Both the position numbers and the translations under genes were made by a program. A stretch of DNA of 64,000 nt from Candidatus Atabeyarchaeum deiterrae (lineage in GTDB: Archaea > Asgardarchaeota > Atabeyarchaeia > Atabeyarchaeales > Atabeyarchaeaceae), in NCBI GenBank assembly GCA_037310415.1, contig CP147780.1, positions 1,344,001 through 1,408,000 of the forward strand, read 5' to 3'. Positions within the stretch are counted from its first letter, which is position 1. Each line of letters starts with the position of its first letter. Positions 28,606 to 38,625 of the stretch are shown in pieces. The notes beneath the pieces are model-generated. The model was not told the DNA's origin, searched no databases, and saw nothing but the letters and a program-made list of their open reading frames with translations.

Positions 28606-31485
28606 GTGTGTGAGAGTCGATTGCCCAGTAAACCTCAGCAAACTCAAAACGAGGTTAAGGATGCCACCAAGAAGATGGTGAAATGGCACCTGATGGAGCC
28701 TAATGACGTACTAAGGAGCCTAGATACTTCCCCTAAAGGACTAACCAAAAAAGAAGCCCTGGTACGAATCGAGAAGTTCGGTCCCAACGAGATCGTTTCT
28801 AAGAAGAAGTTCTCCAAATTGAAACTACTTCTTAAACAATTTACCAGTTTTCTAGTCATCATTTTGATCGCTGGGGTAGTAATCTCAGCCGTAGTCGACC
28901 TGGCGAAGAATGAGTTTCCGGTGGACTCCGCTGTAATACTGGTCATAGTAGTAATGAGCGCCGTTCTTGGATTCACTCAGGAATATCGTGCCGAGCAGGC
29001 GATGGAAGCACTTAAGAAAATGGCTGCCCCGAAAGCAAAAGCTCTCCGAGATGGAGTCGAAACTGAGGTGGAGTCGCGCGAACTCGTACCAGGTGACTTA
29101 CTCCTCTTAGACATGGGAAGCAAAGTCCCCGCTGACGCAAGACTGATTGAAGGAATGAACCTCAAGATTGACGAAGCCGTCTTGACTGGTGAGTCCACAT
29201 CGGTCGAGAAATCAGCCGAGCGGCTCAGGGACGACGCTCCCGTTAATGAGAGAGCGAACATGCTATTCGCTTCAACAATAGTGACCTACGGAAGAGGTAA
29301 GGCCGTTGTAGTGGGCACGGGGATGAGCACTGAGTTCGGGCAAATAGCCAGGATGATGGAGGAAGCAGAGAAGGGAAGTACGCCTCTTGAAAAGAGACTT
29401 CAAACAGTTGGAAAGTGGCTAGGAATCACATTTCTGTTTGTTACAATGGTTGTAGCCGTCTTTGGACTCATCAGGGGAGAATTGGACCCTCTTAGTATGC
29501 TTGTATGGGCGATAAGTTTGGCGGTTGCAGCTATCCCTGAGGCTTTGCCAGTTGTCATCACAGGGTCACTCGCCATTGGTATGCGGCGCATGGCTAGGCA
29601 TAACGCCATAATCCGAAAGTTGCCCGCAGTTGAAACACTCGGATGTGCAACAGTAATCTGCTCAGACAAGACAGGTACTCTGACCAAGAACGAGATGACT
29701 GTTCGTAAGATCTTCACTTCGGAGAGGTTCATCGACATATCAGGTGTGGGTGTGACGCCCAGTGGTGAATTCTCAATCAATGGTGAGAGAGCTGATCCGA
29801 GTGATGATGAGGATTTGATGAAGCTCCTCACTGTTGGAACGCTCTGCAACGACTCAGAACTCATCTACGATAACAACTCTTGGCGAACCACGGGTGACAC
29901 TACCGAAGCGGCCTTACTAGTGGCAGCCACGAAAGCAGGTGTTAACAAAGAAGAGTTGGACACAACGCATCGGAGAGTAGCCGAAGTTCCATTCGAATCA
30001 GAGAGAAAGCGAATGTCAACTATTCATCCCTTAGAAGACAAAGGATTCATTGTATGTGTCAAAGGGGCGCCAGAAATACTTCTTGATCTTTCAATAAGGT
30101 ACAGGAGTGAAGGGAAAGAAGAGAAGCTGACGAACAAGGTCAGGCAGTCATTCTTGAAAGCGAATGAAGAGATGGCCTCAAAAGCGCTGCGTGTATTGGG
30201 TATAGCTTACTCAAATCTGGAGAAACTGCCCAAAGGTCAACCAACTCCGGAAACTGTCGAGAAGGATTTAGTATTCGCAGGACTTGTGGGAATGATTGAT
30301 CCACCAAGGCCAGAGGCTAAACAAGCTATCGAGAAATGCAAGACTGCAGGAATAAAAGTGATCATGATCACGGGGGACCATAGACTCACAGCGGAAGCAG
30401 TTGCGAGAGAACTCGGATTACTTACGGATGGCGACGATGACCGCGAAAAAGGCTCGCAGAACGATGCATCCGACAACAAGGCTGCACTAAGGATCATGAC
30501 CGGTGTCGAACTGGATAAGATAAGCGATAAGCAACTCGTGAAGATAGCAAATGAAGTGGCAGTATATGCCAGAGTATCACCAGAACATAAACTAAGGATC
30601 GTTAAAGCGTTGAAAGCAAATGGCCACGTCGTGGCCATGACTGGAGATGGAGTAAATGATGCTCCAGCATTGAAAAACTCAGACATTGGTGTCGCCATGG
30701 GAATAACCGGAACCGACGTGACCAAGGAAGCTTCTGACATGGTCTTATCGGACGATAATTTTGCGACAATAGTCTCAGCTGTTGAAGAGGGCAGAGGGAT
30801 ATACGACAACATCAAGAAGTATCTTTTGTATCTGCTTTCAAGCAATGTTGGGGAAGTTCTGACCCTTTTCCTAGCAAGTGCCCTTGGTTTCCCACTCCCG
30901 CTCATCGCGCTGCAAATTCTTTGGGTAAATCTTGTAACAGACGGGTTCCCAGCCCTAGCACTCTCCATAGATCCGCCTGACGTAGATATCATGAGTAGAC
31001 CTCCGCGAGATCCCAAGGAAAGCATCTTCACGAAAAGAGTTAAGGCAATGATCTTAGGAATAGGTTTCCTAATGCCCCTTTCAGTTCTATCAGTCTTCTA
31101 TATCTACAATCCTGCTCTCAGTGATAGCGTAGGATCTCCCAGCGCAAGTTATGTGTATGCAATGACGATGGCTTTTACAACAATGGTCATTTTTGAAATG
31201 TTCAACGTCTACACATGCAGATCTGAGAGATACCCCGTCTTCAAAGTAGGATTTCTCAAGAACAAGTACCTGAATATTTCGGTGATAGTTTCAATACTCC
31301 TTCAATTGCTCGTCGTATACACGCCAATGTTTGAAGTGCTCTTCGAAACACACTCTCTGTCAATATGGGACTGGACTATAGTAATAGCAGCAGGTTGCAT
31401 TCCGCTGATAGCAGGAGAACTGGGAAAAGCGGCATTCCCATCCAAAACGAAGCGAGCGAAGCAAGTGGGAAACAAGCGAAGTTGA
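28606..31485 (+). CDS. P-type ATPase, type IIA (Ca2+-transporting, SERCA-like)
   Basis: TGES, AIPEAL, DKTGTLT, KGAPE, TGDGVNDAPAL, LWVNLVTDG. Confidence 0.95.
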   Translation: MCESRLPSKPQQTQNEVKDATKKMVKWHLMEPNDVLRSLDTSPKGLTKKEALVRIEKFGPNEIVSKKKFSKLKLLLKQFTSFLVIILIAGVVISAVVDLAKNEFPVDSAVILVIVVMSAVLGFTQEYRAEQAMEALKKMAAPKAKALRDGVETEVESRELVPGDLLLLDMGSKVPADARLIEGMNLKIDEAVLTGESTSVEKSAERLRDDAPVNERANMLFASTIVTYGRGKAVVVGTGMSTEFGQIARMMEEAEKGSTPLEKRLQTVGKWLGITFLFVTMVVAVFGLIRGELDPLSMLVWAISLAVAAIPEALPVVITGSLAIGMRRMARHNAIIRKLPAVETLGCATVICSDKTGTLTKNEMTVRKIFTSERFIDISGVGVTPSGEFSINGERADPSDDEDLMKLLTVGTLCNDSELIYDNNSWRTTGDTTEAALLVAATKAGVNKEELDTTHRRVAEVPFESERKRMSTIHPLEDKGFIVCVKGAPEILLDLSIRYRSEGKEEKLTNKVRQSFLKANEEMASKALRVLGIAYSNLEKLPKGQPTPETVEKDLVFAGLVGMIDPPRPEAKQAIEKCKTAGIKVIMITGDHRLTAEAVARELGLLTDGDDDREKGSQNDASDNKAALRIMTGVELDKISDKQLVKIANEVAVYARVSPEHKLRIVKALKANGHVVAMTGDGVNDAPALKNSDIGVAMGITGTDVTKEASDMVLSDDNFATIVSAVEEGRGIYDNIKKYLLYLLSSNVGEVLTLFLASALGFPLPLIALQILWVNLVTDGFPALALSIDPPDVDIMSRPPRDPKESIFTKRVKAMILGIGFLMPLSVLSVFYIYNPALSDSVGSPSASYVYAMTMAFTTMVIFEMFNVYTCRSERYPVFKVGFLKNKYLNISVIVSILLQLLVVYTPMFEVLFETHSLSIWDWTIVIAAGCIPLIAGELGKAAFPSKTKRAKQVGNKRS

Positions 31486-31557
31486 TAGCAGACTGGGGTT
31501 CTTCTCGGCAAAACGAAAAAAGGTCACTTCCAAATCTTGGGGAGCTGCAAGATGTCT

Positions 31558-32022
31558 TTATGCATGGACTTTGACCTCCACCTGCGGGTATCCTTTGAGC
31601 AGTCTCTTGAGAGACTGTGCCATTTCTCTCATCTCCACGTCATCTGAAGAGAACTCCCTCAGGAAGTTGTAGAACTCGACATGGATTACTTTGCCTGCGC
31701 GATAGACGGTTAGAATCCTTAGATAGCCCGATGAGTTTTCGTCACTCATGGTAGAACGTTTAGTGAAGATGCCATCTATCCTTTCAGTGAAGTCCTCACT
31801 TTTCTCGATACTTGTGGAGCTGTAGCCCATCTCATTCAAGCGATTCAGGATCACGCTGAATACCCTTTCAGTCGTGATAGGCTCCATGGGCGTCACCCCT
31901 ACTTCCTTCCTATCTTCGGTGTCCGCCGTATCGACTCCTGTTGGTTCAAGCCCCTTGTTTCTCAATTCTTTCTCAGCCGCGCCTATACCATTCGTATTCC
32001 TTTTCATCTCTTTTCTATACAT
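31558..32022 (-). CDS. Hypothetical protein
   Basis: 154-aa ORF filling an intergenic gap. Confidence 0.55.
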   Translation of the reverse strand: MYRKEMKRNTNGIGAAEKELRNKGLEPTGVDTADTEDRKEVGVTPMEPITTERVFSVILNRLNEMGYSSTSIEKSEDFTERIDGIFTKRSTMSDENSSGYLRILTVYRAGKVIHVEFYNFLREFSSDDVEMREMAQSLKRLLKGYPQVEVKVHA

Positions 32023-32253
32023 CGCATCTTACTCGGGTTCATGCAATCAGAGTCTATGGATCTCACGTCATCCAGTGGCTCTCGTTTACTTCGAAAACAA
32101 GATTGTTGATTGCGTAATTCCCCGCACGATGGGTATATTCCTGTTCCGCGTCTTCTAACTATTTTGAGGAATCCATGGTATATAAGGGTTAGACTGTTCC
32201 TTCAGTAAAAAACGCTTTCTCCCTCCCCCCTTTTTGCAAGAATCGCAATCTAT

Positions 32254-33111
32254 TCATGCGAGGTCCTTAATGCTCCTCGGGTTTACCTTCACGCCTTCAG
32301 GCTCAACCCTCTTCTTTCTGAGTTTGTGAATCTCTTCCTTCGCTGACTTGAGTCCGAGCTTGAAGGCCTCCTCGAAACCGTAGAGCGCCTTCCTGTCTTG
32401 ATTGATGTTTAGGTACGCCATCGCGATATTGTACCATCCGAGGGCATTCTTGCGATCCAATGAGAGGACTGCTTCATAACAGACTATTTCTCTACCATGA
32501 TCGTTTCTTCTCCCATATTCGACTCCGAGATTCATCCATGCCAAGGTGTAGCTAGGTTCTATTTCCAGCGCTTTTCTGTAGCGCTCAATCTCCTTGTCGT
32601 GGTTTCCCTCCATTCCGTTAGTTACGCCCAGATTGTACCAAGCTTCGAAGAAGTTCTCATCTAAGGAGAGCGCTTTCTCGTAGGACTTTCTTGCGTTTTC
32701 GTATTGACCGTTCTCGCCATAGGCGCCTCCCAAGGCGAACCACGCAACATGGTTCTCGGGATCTGCTTGAGTTGCTGTTTCGAAACATTTGATCTGTTCC
32801 TCGCTGTTTCCCTTCAATCCGTGTGTTTCACCAAGTTCAAGCCACGCGGTTGAGTTTTTGGAATTTATGTTTAGAACTCTCTTGAAACACTCTATTGCTC
32901 GATCGAGTTTCTTGTCCTCCTTGTAGGCTTCACCTAAATAGAACCACGCATCAGAATTCGCAGGCTCTAGCTCAGCAGCTTTCTTGAATAACTTCACAGC
33001 TTTCCCAAAATCCTCTCTATCCAGGCAAAGAAATCCCCCTCTCATGGAACTAGAAAAAGACTCAGACACAGCATTACGCCTCCAAGAAAGCAAATATTCA
33101 GACATATACAT
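32254..33111 (-). CDS. Tetratricopeptide repeat protein
   Basis: Repeated AW-x-x-LG...A motifs at 34-aa spacing, about 7 repeats. Confidence 0.9.
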   Translation of the reverse strand: MYMSEYLLSWRRNAVSESFSSSMRGGFLCLDREDFGKAVKLFKKAAELEPANSDAWFYLGEAYKEDKKLDRAIECFKRVLNINSKNSTAWLELGETHGLKGNSEEQIKCFETATQADPENHVAWFALGGAYGENGQYENARKSYEKALSLDENFFEAWYNLGVTNGMEGNHDKEIERYRKALEIEPSYTLAWMNLGVEYGRRNDHGREIVCYEAVLSLDRKNALGWYNIAMAYLNINQDRKALYGFEEAFKLGLKSAKEEIHKLRKKRVEPEGVKVNPRSIKDLA

Positions 33112-33267
33112 TGCAGATATTTATCTCACACCCTTCCGTGGAGCATTCAATCAGAAGGGGGTTTAGCAAGAAACCCAATGCGCTTCAGCGGTTGGATGAA
33201 TTGCGCGCCAGCCTTCAGGCTGGACAGTTCCAAGCTTCATGCGGCGATTCTTCATCTAAGAGCTTTT

Positions 33268-33662
33268 ATGCCAAGAGGTTATCAAAGGGCAGCCACAACT
33301 ATTCACCTTATGAACTACCACTTCGTGCGGAGCCCCAGATACATGAGAAAACTATTGATGGGGAGAATCGCCCAAAGGCTGGGCAGTTAATATACGAGAA
33401 GGCTAAACAACTGGAGTGTAAAGTCATCCAGCTGAGAATCGTGCCCGACCACGTGCACCTCTTCACAGAGAGCAACCCGAAGTTATCTCCAAACAGAGTC
33501 ATAGGGGAAATAAAGGGCTACACATCACGGGTTCCAGGGCGGGAGTTCCGGGAGTTGCTAAAGATGCCGACTCTGTGGACGAGAAGCTACTTGGTCAGTA
33601 CAACAGGAAACGTAAGCTCGAGAATAATAGAACCGTATACTGAAGTCTAGAAAAGGACTTGA
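33268..33662 (+). pseudogene. tnpA: IS200/IS605 Y1 transposase TnpA pseudogene
   Basis: MPRGYQRAATTIHLMNYHFVRSPRY frame stops at 33390 and continues in another frame with PDHVHLF...KGYTS...LWTRSY. TAG at 33648 sits at the Q of YxxxQ. Confidence 0.88.
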
Positions 33663-33666
33663 AACC

Positions 33667-34995
33667 ATGCAAGTCGTCAAGACCGTTAAGATACCTCTGC
33701 ACTACTCAACGACAAAACGTAAGCTGAGTATTCTAGACAAGCTGACGGCTAGGTTGACTTACGGAGTAACACTGTGGTCACGGCTGATTGAGGAACATGG
33801 CGTGGAAGATAGGAGCAGGCTAAGAAGTCGCGCCTTGGAGGCTCGAGTGAAGGAGAGGACTGGACTGAGCGCGGGCTTCGTTCAGTGCTGTGGGGACACA
33901 GCTCTTTGGATGTGGCGAAGCTATGGGGAGCTGCACAGAACCTGGGCGAAAACAGTTAAGATGGCTGAGAGCAACAAGGAGCAAGAATGGCTCAAGAAGC
34001 TCCAAAGAAGAGAACCCAAGAAACCTCTGAGCAACGGTCTTAGACACAAGATCCCAATCTGGTTCGACTATCGTGTAGGCAAGCTGGAAAAGGCTAGGAG
34101 AATCAAGATGGCGACCCATGTCATCCGCGTAGCTACATTGAAGAGGGGTGAATGGGTGACAATTCCACTCAACCCGGCTCCGTGTCACATCCAGCTGCTT
34201 GGGCAAGGGACAGCCAAAAGCTTCCAAATCGTGAAGAAAGGCTCCAAGTACAGTGTTCACATTAAGATCGAGCATAGGGTGCTGGATGTGCCTGTTGCAG
34301 GCGTTCTGGGAGTGGATCTGGGTGTGAGGCGCCACGCGGCAACCGTGTTGCTCAGTGGCGAGAAGCCTCCTAAGCTCACCCCGCGATCGTTCCTGACTAT
34401 CCGTGACGGGGAGAAGAAGAACCGTCTGGACAGGTTGAATAGGCTTGTGTCAGAGCTGCAACAAGCGGAGAAGTATGAGACCTTGAGACGGTTAAGGCAT
34501 AAGAGGAAACAAGTCGCAGTGTACTTTGACCGCTTGTCCGCTAAGACGCTGGCTGACATGTGTGGGGGATGTCTCCTCGTTGTTGGCCACCCGAAGGGTG
34601 TCAAGTACAGTAACTTCAAAGGTAACGGCAAGAAGAAGCTAAGGAAAGTGCTGACGCGTTGGAGCTATGCCCGCTTGATACGGTTCATCGTTGAGGAGAG
34701 AGCGGAGAGAGGACTGTCGACGGCTGTTGTTGATGAACGGTGGACATCCAAGACATGCTGGAAATGTCGCTCAAGACATACTCTTCGCATGAATCAGTCA
34801 ACCCTCTTCTGCCGTCATTGTGGCATGACTTTCAACGCTGACTACAACGGTGCGTTGAACATCGGCCTGCCTTATTTGGCTAAAGCCGCGGGCCGAAGGG
34901 CTGCAGATGAGCCAGCCCAAGGAACCGAGGATGACCAGGCAAAAGAAATAGTAGCCTGCAAGCTCGGAAGCCAACACCCTTCAAGGGGTTTGTAG
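33667..34995 (+). CDS. tnpB: RNA-guided endonuclease TnpB with rearranged RuvC-II
   Basis: RuvC-I LGVDLG; VVG at the canonical Glu position; VDERWTSKTCWKC; CRHC; RuvC-III NADYNGALNI. Confidence 0.93.
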   Translation: MQVVKTVKIPLHYSTTKRKLSILDKLTARLTYGVTLWSRLIEEHGVEDRSRLRSRALEARVKERTGLSAGFVQCCGDTALWMWRSYGELHRTWAKTVKMAESNKEQEWLKKLQRREPKKPLSNGLRHKIPIWFDYRVGKLEKARRIKMATHVIRVATLKRGEWVTIPLNPAPCHIQLLGQGTAKSFQIVKKGSKYSVHIKIEHRVLDVPVAGVLGVDLGVRRHAATVLLSGEKPPKLTPRSFLTIRDGEKKNRLDRLNRLVSELQQAEKYETLRRLRHKRKQVAVYFDRLSAKTLADMCGGCLLVVGHPKGVKYSNFKGNGKKKLRKVLTRWSYARLIRFIVEERAERGLSTAVVDERWTSKTCWKCRSRHTLRMNQSTLFCRHCGMTFNADYNGALNIGLPYLAKAAGRRAADEPAQGTEDDQAKEIVACKLGSQHPSRGL

Positions 34996-35016
34996 CTCAC
35001 ATTCAGTTAACTAATC
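34850..35016 (+). ncRNA. Predicted omegaRNA/reRNA overlapping the tnpB 3' end, plus flanking guide
   Basis: Hairpins GGGCTG/CAGCCC (34898-34918) and CCCT-TCA-AGGG before the terminal TCAC. Boundaries inferred from known TnpB locus architecture. Confidence 0.55.
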
Positions 35017-35127
35017 TCGCTGCGAATCCATAGTATGCTTAAATACCTTTAAGAACAGAATACTGCAAACAGAAGGGTCCCAGCGCTATTGTCTAGTTCT
35101 ACCGAATGAGATAGGAGTTGTCTGAAG

Positions 35128-36141
35128 TTGGTGCATGAAACTGGCGTTTCATATTACGGTTGCACGCAAGCTGACCACGCAAGAGAAGACTTCAAAGAGA
35201 TGGTTGACCACAACTGTAACGCCGTCCAGTTCGCCATAAGTGAGTTTGACTGCCAGCACTGGTGGCCAGCCATGAAGGAGATAACCAAGATCGCGAAAAA
35301 CGAGTTTGGGTTGAGAGTTCACGTCAGCCTGTGGGGATTTGGAAGAGTCTTCGGCGGTGAACCCATCTCAGCGTTTCTTGAAGAACACGCAGATTATCGC
35401 CAAGTCACTTCGGCAAGCGGAAAGCTGCGCCCAGCAGCATGCATCAACACGGAATTCAGAAAATACTACCTAACCTGGGTCAAATCATTCCTGAGAGATC
35501 TCACTTGGGATTACCTTTTCCAAGATGAACCTCACTACGCTGTGCCCACCTCAAGTGAGTGGACATGCCGATGCGAGACATGCCAACAACTCTTCAAGCA
35601 GAAATATGGCTATGAAATGCCCAAAGAGTTGACTGACGACGTTCGCAAATTTAGAGAACAAAACTTGGTTGCACTGCTCGTCGAGGCAGCGCGACTAATC
35701 AAATCCACTGATTCGAGCAAGAAGGTGATTACCTGCCTATTGCCTGGGGGAGGAGAACAGTCCGGAATCGGTGATTGGTCAAGAATCGCTTCAGCACAGG
35801 AGATCGATGTTCTTAGTACTGATCCATATCCGTACGTATTCGGAAAACCGGCAATGCGCCCATACGTGACTGAAATAACAAAGAAAGCCTTGAAGTACTG
35901 CAAAGATTACAGCAAGATGTCACAAATCTGGGTTCAACTGTTTAGTGTCCCCGCTGTCAGGACAGAAGAGGTCAAGGAAACCATTAAGCTAATAGACGAA
36001 CTGGATCTTGATGGAAAGAAGGTCGACAGCATATTTTGCTGGTCCTATAGGGCAACAAAAGGGACAACGATAAGCTGCACTAGGCCAGACTTGGCATGGA
36101 AACTCGTCGGAGAGGCATTCAGAGAAGTTCTTGAGAAATAA
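35128..36141 (+). CDS. Glycoside-hydrolase-like TIM-barrel protein
   Basis: GVSYY start, acid/base-like FQDEPH, CRCETC Zn site reminiscent of GH42, TDPY. Confidence 0.65.
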   Translation: MVHETGVSYYGCTQADHAREDFKEMVDHNCNAVQFAISEFDCQHWWPAMKEITKIAKNEFGLRVHVSLWGFGRVFGGEPISAFLEEHADYRQVTSASGKLRPAACINTEFRKYYLTWVKSFLRDLTWDYLFQDEPHYAVPTSSEWTCRCETCQQLFKQKYGYEMPKELTDDVRKFREQNLVALLVEAARLIKSTDSSKKVITCLLPGGGEQSGIGDWSRIASAQEIDVLSTDPYPYVFGKPAMRPYVTEITKKALKYCKDYSKMSQIWVQLFSVPAVRTEEVKETIKLIDELDLDGKKVDSIFCWSYRATKGTTISCTRPDLAWKLVGEAFREVLEK

Positions 36142-36298
36142 TGCCACTCCTCTTGGGGATTCTGCGTCTCGACCTTTGAGAAGTTCTCAATCGATTTTCC
36201 GTCCGAGCCTTGCGGTCGCCTAATATTTAAACGGTGACCGAGTCTGATCCATTGTTGAGGAACAGTTCTATCTGTCTCGCCCAAAGGGGGCATACATC

Positions 36299-37120
36299 TT
36301 GATTCGTAACGTGTGGGTAATAGAGAAACTCAGTGGTCGTTGTCTCTTCCATCTCGCCTACGAAAAAGAGCTGAAGGAACCTGACCTGATTTCTGGCTTC
36401 CTATCAGCACTTACCAGTTTCTCAGAGGCTGAGCTCAAAGGAGAAAGGCTTTCAGTAGTCGAAACAGAAGGTAGAAAGTGGGTTTATCGTTATGTTGAAC
36501 CCCTGATATTTGTAGTAACAGGCGCAAAAAAGGATCCTGAATCACATCTAAAAGCTCAAGTGAGCTACTTAGCCAACGTGTTTCTTGACGCGTTTCCGGA
36601 GCTAAAAGCAGAGACTGCGAGAGGTTTCTTTGAAAAGTGGTCGGGGGACAGAAATTACTTTGGTAGACTTGAGCCGCTAGTTGACCAACTCGTAGGGCAA
36701 TGGAGCGAAGTTGATCAAGTGAATAAGGCTGCCAAAGCCCTAGACGTGGTGGAAATCTACCAAAGAATCTTTGACGCCATAATCTCCGATGTGAAGGCAT
36801 GCAATGGTAAGATCTCAACCGAATTTCAATCTGCCGTGAAGGAGTTTGACGACGCGTGCAAAGCGAAGATCACGTACGCGGTTTCGGAGTTCAGCCCGAC
36901 GCTTGACCTCTTAAACATAAATGTCTTCTCAACAGGATACGAAAAGCTGAAAGAAGAACTCGGTTTACTATTGACGAGACTAATGAGAATACTGAAGGAT
37001 CATCTTCCAGCCGGTGAAACTGAGAGAATCATGAAGTCCAAAATAGTCCCGATCATGAAAACCGATTGGAAAAGGATAGACGTGTACAATATTGACCCCG
37101 TTCTGATTTCACTTCTGTAA
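36299..37120 (+). CDS. Longin-like domain protein with C-terminal helical extension (Asgard type)
   Basis: MIRNVWVIEKLSGRCLF...DLISGFLSALTSFS...LIFVV...FLDAF. Confidence 0.78.
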   Translation: MIRNVWVIEKLSGRCLFHLAYEKELKEPDLISGFLSALTSFSEAELKGERLSVVETEGRKWVYRYVEPLIFVVTGAKKDPESHLKAQVSYLANVFLDAFPELKAETARGFFEKWSGDRNYFGRLEPLVDQLVGQWSEVDQVNKAAKALDVVEIYQRIFDAIISDVKACNGKISTEFQSAVKEFDDACKAKITYAVSEFSPTLDLLNINVFSTGYEKLKEELGLLLTRLMRILKDHLPAGETERIMKSKIVPIMKTDWKRIDVYNIDPVLISLL

Positions 37121-37164
37121 GTGACTCGCTTCTGATCGCTTCGAGCTTATTTCTCTTCCACATC

Positions 37165-38421
37165 CTATTCTAATTCTACCGTTGCAGGGGGCTTAGGGGT
37201 TACGTCATAATAGACGGATCCAACTTTGCCACATTTATCCATGATTCTTTCCGAGATAGTATATAGCTTACTCCAATCAAGCTTAGCCACATTCGCTCTT
37301 GAGAAGTCATCAGTAAGGATAGCCCTAATCACTGCGAGGTATTTTCCATTCTTCGGTTTCTTAGTTACGTTGTACAGACATCTTGTGAACTCCTTCTGTT
37401 TCTCAACAAACTCAACTGGAAAGTCAACCAAGTCATCATGGTCTGGCTCAAAAATCTCTTTTGATCCTAGAAGTGTCACTCTTGAGGCTGACACTTTCAT
37501 GTAGACTCTCTTCTCTTTCCTTAATCCAGCAACTTCACTTCGAGGAATCTTTAGATCAACTTGGTTAGAACCTACGTCCAAGAAGTCTGAGATTCGTTCT
37601 CTTATCCTGTCAATATTGACATCATCGTCATCCTTATTCTCGATTATTGCAGCAAGGCATTGGGTAGGCTTGATGTACTGAAACTCATCCTCAACTATTG
37701 CGTTTGCTTCCCTAGCTTCCTTCAATCTCTCATCGTTGACTCTTCCTACCACTCGAATCAAGAGTCCTGGCGCAGGGAAAGGATTCAAATCTGAGAGTCT
37801 GGGCGGGAGTTCCAGATTCTCAGCAACATTCAAAACTTGCTGCCTGCTCAGAGCACCCAACGGCTCAATCACCTGGAGAGAATGTCTGGTGAACAGTTCT
37901 TTCAATGAAGTTATTGAAGGTTGATCAATTGCAGTGCTATTCTTTGCACTTGTTCCAAAGACCACAAGTTTTGCTTCTTCACCTTCACCAAGTTCCCTGA
38001 GAATTGTATAGAAGGTTTCGTAGAAGGCCTTCCTCTTTTCTATGGCAGTTTCGGCCTGCTCCACACTCTTCATGACTCGTTTCCTGGCGTCGATCACCTT
38101 GAGAGGCAACTTTAGCGGCGCTCTCTTGATAGTCTCTGAAACCGTATCAGCTTCATTCTTCCTCAGGAATCCCGTGTCAACGAAGACGGGGATAACGTTT
38201 GCTCCATTTGTTGCTCGTTGAATGATGGCTGCTGCTACGTTGCTACTAACCCCACCACTACATGCGAGGAGAACCATTTGCCTACCTACAGTGCTTCTGA
38301 CTTCCTGTATCTTGTTTCGCACGAAAGCTCCAGCGTCGAACCTTTCGCTCAAATTGCTCGACCTTCCTAAATCAGTCTGAATAAACTGGCAACAATCAAG
38401 TAGTTTCAAAGCGGAACACAT
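37165..38421 (-). CDS. GMP synthase subunit B-like protein with degenerate catalytic motifs
   Basis: SGGVSS, FVDTGFLRKNE, PFPAPGL.IR, YDVTPKPPATVELE. Confidence 0.82.
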   Translation of the reverse strand: MCSALKLLDCCQFIQTDLGRSSNLSERFDAGAFVRNKIQEVRSTVGRQMVLLACSGGVSSNVAAAIIQRATNGANVIPVFVDTGFLRKNEADTVSETIKRAPLKLPLKVIDARKRVMKSVEQAETAIEKRKAFYETFYTILRELGEGEEAKLVVFGTSAKNSTAIDQPSITSLKELFTRHSLQVIEPLGALSRQQVLNVAENLELPPRLSDLNPFPAPGLLIRVVGRVNDERLKEAREANAIVEDEFQYIKPTQCLAAIIENKDDDDVNIDRIRERISDFLDVGSNQVDLKIPRSEVAGLRKEKRVYMKVSASRVTLLGSKEIFEPDHDDLVDFPVEFVEKQKEFTRCLYNVTKKPKNGKYLAVIRAILTDDFSRANVAKLDWSKLYTISERIMDKCGKVGSVYYDVTPKPPATVELE

Positions 38422-38625
38422 ATAGTTAAAGATGTGGGTTTGTTGGTAACGTGACTATCGGATTACTTAATTAGTCAAAAAACCAAGCCAAACTTTAAAA
38501 ATTTGGGATACCTACTCAATTAGCGGGTTCTCCATAAACTATCTGCCACTTGAGGACGCAGTTGTTTTGCGCGATTTGATAGATATTAGTCATCTAGAGT
38601 ATAGAATAAAGGTCGGAGAAAAACG

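Larger units (their letters stand above)
33166..35000 (+). mobile_element. IS200/IS605-family element (decayed tnpA, intact tnpB)
   Basis: Left-end-like GCAAGAAACCCAATGCGCTTCAGCGGTTGGATGAATTGC; right end GAAGCC...CCCTTCAAGGG...TAGCTCAC ending in TCAC at 35000. Left boundary approximate. Confidence 0.85.

Noticed and set aside
30237-31031. 264-aa minus-strand ORF and similar long antisense ORFs (e.g. 20533-21201)
   Set aside because: Shadows of well-supported genes on the opposite strand.
33111-33650. 179-aa ORF as an intact transposase
   Set aside because: Its N-terminus is out-of-frame left-end DNA; the real tnpA start is at 33268 in another frame.
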